From positions 9,191 through 73,190 of the forward strand of contig JAZKFH010000084.1 of the NCBI GenBank assembly GCA_040386535.1: a stretch of 64,000 bases of DNA, given 5' to 3'. Positions 57,146-64,000 of the stretch are shown here, piece after piece (position 1 is the first letter of the stretch; every line of letters starts with the position of its first letter). A model generated the notes under the pieces. The model did not search any database, was not told the DNA's origin, and worked only from the letters and a program-made list of their open reading frames with translations. The DNA comes from Myxococcota bacterium (GTDB lineage Bacteria > Myxococcota_A > UBA796 > SXON01). A program made the translations under genes and the position numbers.

Positions 57146-57716
57146 GGGGGTCAGGCTCGGCAGGATGTCAACTCTCCAGTGACCATCTCGGTGCCTCCGC
57201 GGGGTGCGCCCGATCGAGCGGTGGATGCTCGCGAAGCGGTGCGCGATGGCTTCGGGCCGAAGCGACCGCTCCGCCGCCGCGGCCGACCCTCCACCGCTGA
57301 TGCGACCAGCTCGCGACGACATCGGCCGCGCCTTCGACGCGCTGTCGCTCCTCGCCCGCGTGGTCCTCGCCGTGCAGCACGTGGCCAGGGTCGGGGCACC
57401 TTTGCCGAAAGGGGGTGGCCGGATGGCCGCCATGCGGCCAGGGTCGGGGCACCTTTGCCGAAAGGGGGTGGCCGGATGGCCGCCATGCGGCCAAGGTCGG
57501 GGCACCTTTGCCGAAAGGGGGTGCCCGGATGGCCGCTGGGCGCGGAAGTGCCTCGCCACGTAGCAGATCCGCCGCCGGGTTCGCCTCCGTGGCCGCTGGG
57601 CGGCCACGGAGGCGGTACCTGCTCGTCAGGGTTCGCCTCGGTGGCCGCTGTGCGGCCACGGAGGGGGTCGTCAGGGGGCGGGGCGGGGGTTTGACATTCC
57701 GCAGGTCCTGACCCCC
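57146..57716. mobile_element. Possible non-autonomous element bounded by 26-bp imperfect inverted repeats
   Basis: GGGGGTCAGG-N9-ATGTCAA (57146-57171) vs TTGACAT-N9-CCTGACCCCC (57691-57716); internal tandem hairpin repeats. Confidence 0.45.
57383..57536. repeat. 53-bp tandem repeat x3 with internal hairpin
   Basis: Units start at 57383, 57436, 57489: GGCCAGGGTCGGGGCACCTTTGCCGAAAGGGGGTGGCCGGATGGCCGCCATGC. Confidence 0.95.
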
Positions 57717-57789
57717 GCGGGGATGCGCGATCCGCCAAGCGACTGGAATGTCAGTGGAACATTTGAGGTTCCGCTGGTCCTGACCCCCT

Positions 57790-57935
57790 CCCCCGCGGCA
57801 GGTGACCGCAGGGCGGCCGGCTGCGCCGGCCGGTTCGGCGCCTCGACGCCGGGAGGCGGCGGCCGCGCCAACCGAGCGCGGAGCGCGAGCCTGAAGGGCG
57901 CCGACGGCGGGCTCTGCCGCCGGGCCGCCCAGACG
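57790..57935 (-). repeat. Family A intergenic repeat
   Basis: Reverse complement CTTCAGGCTCGCGCTCCGCGCTCGGT-[stem]-AACCGGCCG-[stem]-CGGCCGCCCT. Confidence 0.6.
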
Positions 57936-57938
57936 CGC

Positions 57939-58898
57939 CTACCCCTGCGCCCCCCGCGCCCGTCGCAGCTCCGCCGCCAACGTCGTGATCGCCTCGACCG
58001 GCAACGACCGCGCCTTGCCCTCCGCGATCCAGGTGTCGAAGGCGAGGAGCGTCTGGTCGCCCACCTTGGAGAAGTGCGCGCGCAGGAACGCCTCGAAGTC
58101 CATCGGCGCGACGAGCGGCACGACGCGGGTGGCGAGGCGGACCACGGTGGGCGTCATGAGCAGCTTCATCGGGCCGGGCGCGATGCCGAGGTGGGTGGTC
58201 GAGATGGTGATCGCCTCCTTGCCGGCGCGCGCGGCGAGGGTGGCCCACTTGTCCTGGCGCAGGCCCGTGAAGCTCCAGCCGGCGCACTCCAGCGCGGCCA
58301 CCATCGAGAGGAGGAAGGCGGATCCTCGCGCCGCCATCGCGGTCGCCTCGCCCTTCGCCGCGGGGCAGCCGCCCTTCTTCAACGCCGCCACGATCGCGGT
58401 CACCGGGGCGTCGGGGCCCTCGAACAGGCTCGGCGTCATCGGGGGGTGCCACCACGCCATTCCGGGCTCGGGGAGCGGCTCGTTGCCGAGCGGCGCGTGC
58501 CACGACGAGAAGCTGATGAGGCCGACCACGAGGCGCTCGGGCGGCACGAGGGGGGTGAGCAGGTCACGGTCGCGCAGGCCGGGCAGGAGGGACACCAGCG
58601 TGGCGTTGCCCATCGCGGCGGTGATCTCGGCGAGCCACTCCCCGCGCAGCGCCGTGGACGAGATGCACAACCACACCTGGTCCCACGTCGAGGCGGCGAC
58701 TTCCGCCGGGGTGGTCACGACGCCGTCGGGCACGAAGCGGACCGGGGTGCGGGTGCCGGGCGGGTACAGGACGAAGCCCGCGCGGGCCTCCTCGGCGTAC
58801 TTGGGCCGCACGTACACGTGCACGCTGACGCCGCCCTGTTGCAGGTGCCAACCGTAGACCTGTCCGACCGAGCCGGCACCGACGAGCAGAACGCGCAT
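57939..58898 (-). CDS. Ketopantoate reductase (ApbA/PanE) family protein
   Basis: MRVLLVGAGSVGQVYG Rossmann start, VYVR, ~320 aa. Confidence 0.75.
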   Translation of the reverse strand: MRVLLVGAGSVGQVYGWHLQQGGVSVHVYVRPKYAEEARAGFVLYPPGTRTPVRFVPDGVVTTPAEVAASTWDQVWLCISSTALRGEWLAEITAAMGNATLVSLLPGLRDRDLLTPLVPPERLVVGLISFSSWHAPLGNEPLPEPGMAWWHPPMTPSLFEGPDAPVTAIVAALKKGGCPAAKGEATAMAARGSAFLLSMVAALECAGWSFTGLRQDKWATLAARAGKEAITISTTHLGIAPGPMKLLMTPTVVRLATRVVPLVAPMDFEAFLRAHFSKVGDQTLLAFDTWIAEGKARSLPVEAITTLAAELRRARGAQG

Positions 58899-58917
58899 GC
58901 GACCTCTTCGGGAGCCG

Positions 58918-59955
58918 CTAACCCACGACCTCTACCTCTACCTCCATGCTGCCGTTGTACCCGTCGAGCCCGGACGTGCCGTTGGAGTCCTCGATGCTCA
59001 TGGCCCCGGACGCCGTGGTGCAGCGCGCCTGGATCACGCGGGCGCCCCCCTCGGCCTCCCAGTCGAAGTGCCACAGGGTCCAGATGTCGGCGCCCGGCGC
59101 GTAGTCGAGCGTCGCGACGGCCCACTCCCCGCCGTCGATGCTCACCTCGACCTTCGTGATGGGATCCGACCCGGCGAACGCCATGCCGAGGATCCGCGCG
59201 GGGCCGGCCTCGACCATCTCCCGGCGCTCCGGAGCGTGCAGGAGCGCGTTGGCCTTGTAGGTCGCGTCGTTCGACCAGCCGTTGCTCTCCCAATACCCGA
59301 CGTGCGGCGTCGTGGAGAACGACAAGTCCGTGATCCACTTTGGGTTCTTCATCCCGTAGCGGCCTGGCACGAGCAGCCGCGCCGGGTAGCCGTGGGGGAA
59401 GGGGAGCGGTTCGCCGTTCATGCGCCACACCAGCCACACGGGGCGGTCCAGGTCGCCGACGGGCAGGGACGTGGTGTACCCGTCGGCGCCGGTGAACACC
59501 ATCTCCACGGCGTCGTCGGGCACCTCGACGCCCAACGTCGTGAGCAGCTCGTGGAGCGGCAGGCCGGTCCAGACGGCGTTGCTGATGGCGAGGTTGTAGG
59601 GGTTGGCGCCGATACACTCGAGGGTGTGCTCGCGGTCGCGGGCGGCCTGTTCTTCGAGCCACACCAGGTCGATGGTCGCGCGAACCTCGCCGCCGGTGCG
59701 TACCGTCAGGGCCCACGTGGCGCCGTCCACCTCGGGGTTGCCGTTGGAGCTGGTGACGTAGAAGTCGTCGTTGGCGGTGATGGGGGTGAGCGCTCCGGCG
59801 AGGACGGCGGGGGTGTCGGCCTTGCCGGGGTCACAGGCCACGACACCCGCGGCCGCGGCCGCGCCCACCATCAGGTCGCGCCGGGAGAGCACGCGCAGGC
59901 CGCCGACGCGGGGGGAGCTGGGGGCGGGGGAGCGGTCGCGGGGGGAGCGGTTCAT
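58918..59955 (-). CDS. Sulfite oxidase-family molybdopterin oxidoreductase, Tat lipoprotein
   Basis: SRRDLM Tat motif; TLECIG, SNAVWTG, MNGEPLPFPHGYPARL, GRYGMKNPKW, VEVSIDGG. Confidence 0.92.
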   Translation of the reverse strand: MNRSPRDRSPAPSSPRVGGLRVLSRRDLMVGAAAAAGVVACDPGKADTPAVLAGALTPITANDDFYVTSSNGNPEVDGATWALTVRTGGEVRATIDLVWLEEQAARDREHTLECIGANPYNLAISNAVWTGLPLHELLTTLGVEVPDDAVEMVFTGADGYTTSLPVGDLDRPVWLVWRMNGEPLPFPHGYPARLLVPGRYGMKNPKWITDLSFSTTPHVGYWESNGWSNDATYKANALLHAPERREMVEAGPARILGMAFAGSDPITKVEVSIDGGEWAVATLDYAPGADIWTLWHFDWEAEGGARVIQARCTTASGAMSIEDSNGTSGLDGYNGSMEVEVEVVG

Positions 59956-60016
59956 GTCGACCTCGCCGACCCAGTGTACGGCGGAGCGGGGGGGATGGAT
60001 CGGCGGCGCGGGGACG

Positions 60017-61189
60017 TCACCGCCGAAGCAGGACCTCGGCCGAGGCCCACAGGCCGCCGTCGGGGGCCGCGGCCAACGCCCACACCTCAGCGCGCCGGCC
60101 CGCGGCCACGGCCTGCCGCGGGGTGAGCCCGTCGAGCGCGGGGATGGGATCGTCGGGCCAGGCGGCGTCCATCTGCTCGAACATCGCGTCCGTCAGGGAT
60201 TCGGGGGTCGCGCCCGCGTTCCCGGACAGGATGGTCTGCTCCACGATCAGCTCGGGCCCGTCGGGGTTCGAGCCGGCGGCCTTCACGGACTCCGACCGCA
60301 CCACCAGCGCGGTGCCCGTGGCCGCCGTCCAGCGCGCCAGGATCTCGTCGTGACGCGCCCGGCTGTTCGTCTGGAGGGTCACGGCGCCGTTCGCCGCGAG
60401 GAAGGTCGCGCGGACCACCTCCCCGCCCCCGTGGGTCGCCGGCTGGAGGCCGTAGACGTCGACGACGTTCGGGTCCTCGGTGATGTCCGGCCAGGACGAC
60501 AGGACGCGGCGCACGGCGTCCCAGGGCTCCGCGAGGGTGGAGACGATCACCTCGACCGGGTCTCCATCGACGTTCACGAAGCGAGGGGGGCGGATCGCCC
60601 GGTGGATCGCGTCGAGCGTCGCGTTCGCGACCTGGCGCGTGGTGGCGGGCGGGGCGTCCGTGGGCACCGCGCGGAGGGCGGCGAACGTCTGGAGGGCGGC
60701 CTGCACGGCGTAGACCCGGGCGGGTAGCGGCACGAGCGACAGCGCCCCCTCGAACACCTCGCGCCCATCGGCCTCGTAGACGAACGCCGCGAGCCACATC
60801 CCGATATCGATGGACTCGGAGCCCGACCGCTCCGGGATGACGAGGAGCCGGTCGGCGAGCACGTCGTGGGCCTCGATCCACTCACCAGGCGCCACGTCGG
60901 TGACGCACAACAGGCAGAAGCGGGTGCGCGCCCACTCCTCGAAGCAGAGGCGCTCGGCGCGCGGGGAGCGGCCGGCTTGCGCGACGAACCGGTCGATGAG
61001 CGACGCGCCGCCGACCGGGGCGGTGATCAGGGCGAACGCGAGGGCCCCGCGGGCCTCGCCCTCGGTGGCGGGCGCGCGCCCGAGCGAGCGCCGCACGTTG
61101 GCACGCAGCTCGGCGGGGTGGGTGCGGTGCGCCCAGGTCGCGACGCGCTCGCGGAGGGTGTTGAGGAGGTGGCCGGCGCGGGGGTTCAT
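60017..61189 (-). CDS. Hypothetical protein with C-terminal Xre/MbcA/ParS-C-like motif
   Basis: C-terminal WPDDPIPALDGLTPRQAV; coding-like codon bias. Confidence 0.7.
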   Translation of the reverse strand: MNPRAGHLLNTLRERVATWAHRTHPAELRANVRRSLGRAPATEGEARGALAFALITAPVGGASLIDRFVAQAGRSPRAERLCFEEWARTRFCLLCVTDVAPGEWIEAHDVLADRLLVIPERSGSESIDIGMWLAAFVYEADGREVFEGALSLVPLPARVYAVQAALQTFAALRAVPTDAPPATTRQVANATLDAIHRAIRPPRFVNVDGDPVEVIVSTLAEPWDAVRRVLSSWPDITEDPNVVDVYGLQPATHGGGEVVRATFLAANGAVTLQTNSRARHDEILARWTAATGTALVVRSESVKAAGSNPDGPELIVEQTILSGNAGATPESLTDAMFEQMDAAWPDDPIPALDGLTPRQAVAAGRRAEVWALAAAPDGGLWASAEVLLRR

Positions 61190-61291
61190 GCGGGCGTCGT
61201 ATTTCGGGGGGTGGGGGGTGGCGAGGGTGGGGGAGGCGGGCAGACGGCTCGCGCGGACGCGACCGCTGCGGGGCGGCGGTGGAGGTGGCAG

Positions 61292-62656
61292 TCACGCTCC
61301 CAGCTGGAGCATTGGGACTATCGCCCGGCCCGTGGCGTCCGTTGTCACCGGATCGAAGAGGAAGATGTCGACCCCGACTGTCACCAGCGTGGTGGGGTAG
61401 TGGGCGAGGGTCTGGCACGGCTCCGCGAGCAGGCCCTGGCTCCCGGACTCCACGTCCGTCAGCACCCAAACCCGCCCGATCCCGGCGGTGCCCACGTCGA
61501 GCCGCCAGGTGTCGCCCACGGGCACGACGTCGGTGGTGCCGATGCTCCGCGCCAGTACGATGGAGCCGACCCCGCCGACGTAGTGGAGGACCGCGCCGCT
61601 CGCGTACACCTCCACCCCGCCCGGCATCGGCCGGATCGTGTAGCCGCTCACCGCGGGGTCCAGCGAGACGAGGGTGTCTCCCGCCCATTCGACCATCAGG
61701 GGTGTCCCGTCTCCGCGGTGGCCGGTGACATACAAGGCCCCCTCCGACCACGCTGCGTGGGTGGAGTGGTAGGGGATGTCCAGCCCCTCCACCAGCGCGG
61801 TGGTCGTGCCCGTGGCGAGGTCGACGTCGAGCAGGTCGCGGTCGCCCTCGGTCCAGCCCACGAGCAGCCGCGCCGGGCCGTCCGAGCGCACGAGCTGCAC
61901 CCCTGCCTCCGCGGCGGTTCCCGTGCCCAGGGGCAGCGTGCGGAGGCGTGTGCCGGTCGCCGGGTCGATGCTGACAAGGCCCCAGATCGTGCCCTCCGGA
62001 GTGCTCCGCTCGACGAGGAGGAGCAGGGTGCTTTCTACCGCGACGGCGTCGACGACCGTGAGGTCCGCGCCCACGTCGAGGGTGCGGGTGGTGACACGGA
62101 GATCGACGCCCGCGTCGGTCACGGGCGTGCGCGGGAAGGCCGAGTAGATCTCGGTCTGGGCGTACGCGATGTCGAGCCCCCACCGGCTCCCGCCGCAGAC
62201 AGCGTCGAGCGTGAGCGAGAGGTCCATCTCCGACGCGCCGGTGGAGCAGGCCTGCGCGAAGCTCTCTTCCTGCCGGGCGGCCTTGGTCGGATAGAGCTTC
62301 GTGTCGCTGATGCTGTCGCCCGGGAAGAGGTCCGGATGGGCCTTCGAGTGGCCCTCCTCCGCGTCGATTGCGTGGCAGAGCTCGTGCAGCACCGTACGCT
62401 CGACATCGTCCGTGTCCGCGGCCATCCAGATCCACGTGTGTGGCCCGCCGTAGGAGCCTTCCACCTCCTCGCCGCGAGCCCGGACCTCTTCCCGCACGTC
62501 CACACCGGGGACACAGACGCCGTCCCGGCCGGTCCACGCGGCGAAGTCGGCGATCGCCTGCGCGACGTTCGCGTGCAGGTCGGGGGTGCCCGCGCCGGTG
62601 ACATCCATGTCCGAGAACGGGGGGCACGTGCACGCGGCGAGCAGGGAGAGGAGCAT
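61292..62656 (-). CDS. Lipoprotein with HExxH zincin-like motif and beta-rich C-terminus
   Basis: LAAC lipobox; VLHELCHAID..EESFA. Confidence 0.75.
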   Translation of the reverse strand: MLLSLLAACTCPPFSDMDVTGAGTPDLHANVAQAIADFAAWTGRDGVCVPGVDVREEVRARGEEVEGSYGGPHTWIWMAADTDDVERTVLHELCHAIDAEEGHSKAHPDLFPGDSISDTKLYPTKAARQEESFAQACSTGASEMDLSLTLDAVCGGSRWGLDIAYAQTEIYSAFPRTPVTDAGVDLRVTTRTLDVGADLTVVDAVAVESTLLLLVERSTPEGTIWGLVSIDPATGTRLRTLPLGTGTAAEAGVQLVRSDGPARLLVGWTEGDRDLLDVDLATGTTTALVEGLDIPYHSTHAAWSEGALYVTGHRGDGTPLMVEWAGDTLVSLDPAVSGYTIRPMPGGVEVYASGAVLHYVGGVGSIVLARSIGTTDVVPVGDTWRLDVGTAGIGRVWVLTDVESGSQGLLAEPCQTLAHYPTTLVTVGVDIFLFDPVTTDATGRAIVPMLQLGA

Positions 62657-62681
62657 CGGGAGAGTATAGGTGGGATGCCAT

Positions 62682-63272
62682 TCAGCCAGGACCCTCGGCC
62701 GAGAACGCGCGCGCCGTGATGGAGATCCGCTGCCCTTCGCCGCGGAGCACCTCGTGGGTGTACCGCTCGTTGACCTCCCACCCGAACACGACGATCGGCC
62801 ACGCGGACGTGTCGATGTCGACATGGCCGATGCCCTTCCACGGGCGGAACCGGAAGGTGCGGGCCGCGCCGAACGAGATCGTCACGACGTTGGTGCCGGG
62901 GAGGCGGCCGTGCGGCGCGTCCCGGTGGCGGCCGATGTAGTGGCCGAGGGCGCCGTCGTACCAGTTCACCAGCAGCGAGTTGGCGCCCGGCTCGAACGTG
63001 CGGGCGAGCTCGAGCCAGGGCTCGAGCAGCGGTGGCACGGGCAACGCGCGGTTGAGCGAGCCGGTGTAGCGATAGTCCCGCCCGTAGGCCTGCTGCCAGC
63101 GCGGGGTGTGCACGAGCCGCCCCATCATGCGGATCTGGTGGAAGTCCGCCGGGTGGAGCGCCCACAACGCCTCGAAGTCCGCCGGGACGGCCTCGGGGAG
63201 GGTATCGACGAGCACGGACGCCTCTGGGCGAGTGTCCTCGAAGAGGAGGCGTGGCAGGGAGAGGAGCGACAT
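62682..63272 (-). CDS. AlkB-like 2OG-Fe(II) dioxygenase
   Basis: PRWQQAYG..YRYTG, NSLLVNWY, IGRHRD, ISFG, THEV, RISITAR. Confidence 0.92.
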   Translation of the reverse strand: MSLLSLPRLLFEDTRPEASVLVDTLPEAVPADFEALWALHPADFHQIRMMGRLVHTPRWQQAYGRDYRYTGSLNRALPVPPLLEPWLELARTFEPGANSLLVNWYDGALGHYIGRHRDAPHGRLPGTNVVTISFGAARTFRFRPWKGIGHVDIDTSAWPIVVFGWEVNERYTHEVLRGEGQRISITARAFSAEGPG

Positions 63273-63401
63273 ACTGAACAGGTGTATCGTGCCGCCCCGA
63301 TCCCCGCCACGCAACAACAGCGCCCAATCTCACGTTCCCGCGCCGCCAGCGCCGCGATCTCCTCGGGGGCCGCCGTGGTGACGATGCTTCACCACGCTTC
63401 G

Positions 63402-63537
63402 ACGGGCGGCCCCCCGCCCGCGGACGGGCGGGGCCGGGTGTCCTTCGGGCGCGCGGCGGAGCCGCTTGGTCCGCGGCGCGGACGCCGCGGGACCGGGCCG
63501 CCGGAGCGCGGCCCGCCCTCCGGCCCCCCTGCCGCGG
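63402..63537 (+). repeat. Family A intergenic repeat
   Basis: CGGA-capped hairpins; 29-nt identity to 33426-33454. Confidence 0.8.
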
Positions 63538-63726
63538 GGACTCAGGATCGGCGCCCCCGCGTGGGCGTCCGACGGTGGGGAATTGCTGGGCGCGGCCGCG
63601 CGACGACGCCCATGCCATGCACGTCGGTCAGGCGCCCGCGCGTCCAGCAGGCCGTGGCTCCCGGGGGCGCTGGAGCCCGCGGCCGGCTCCCCCGATCGCG
63701 GAGGGCGCCGCGGGAGCCCAACCGCA

Positions 63727-63914
63727 GGGTCATGTCCGCATGAGTGCACGCGGCACGGAGTCATGTCTGGTTGAATGCACGGATCCAGGCTGCAAGCGCT
63801 TGCCCCAGCGCGAAAAATGCCGCTTGCTCCGTAGAGGGCGTGCGGAGTGAGCCTCGATTTGGGCGTTCACGGGGGCATGGCTCCGATTTAGCGGCGTTGA
63901 AGGGGGCATGACCT
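63727..63914. repeat. Four-site CATG element (family B), copy 3
   Basis: CATG cores at 63731, 63762, 63876, 63907. Confidence 0.8.
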
Positions 63915-64000
63915 CGGACCTCGGCGCCCTCGTACTCGAGGCCTGAGGGCTGACGTTTGATCACTTCAGGGGAATTCCGAGCCCCTTCCGAGCGTTCTCC

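Noticed and set aside
57383..57536. CRISPR array
   Set aside because: Head-to-tail tandem copies with no unique spacers
63761..63964. 67-aa minus-strand ORF
   Set aside because: It overlaps the family B non-coding element, has poor codon bias and no motif

Overview
A very GC-rich bacterial window, most likely Myxococcota. The basis is a MYXO-CTERM-like sorting tail, many Asp/Thr-repeat lipoproteins, FG-GAP/metal-binding repeat proteins and exported ferritin-like proteins. It is an accessory region of about 50 short transcription units. I found no rRNA, tRNA, CRISPR array or recognisable transposase. Main points: (1) three ClpA/B-like double-AAA+ ATPases with a degenerate first ring, two ending in a peptide-release-factor-like module lacking GGQ, one sitting upstream of a divergent SecY paralogue; (2) a GxxExxY nuclease-fold gene between the tandem ATPase genes, bracketed by purine-rich repeats with a perfect 33-bp inverted match; (3) two dispersed non-coding families, one a ~190-bp element with four CATG-N7-GARYG sites at a fixed 31/113-114/31-bp spacing (3 copies), the other a ~130-bp multi-hairpin element with compensatory stem changes (about 9 copies); (4) a candidate structured RNA at ~260-480; (5) a lipoxygenase, a Fur-boxed CxxCH lipoprotein, an orphan PemK/MazF toxin, and genes with apparent internal deletions or a frameshift. 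All family calls come from motif recognition by eye. No searches were run, and start codons were picked manually.
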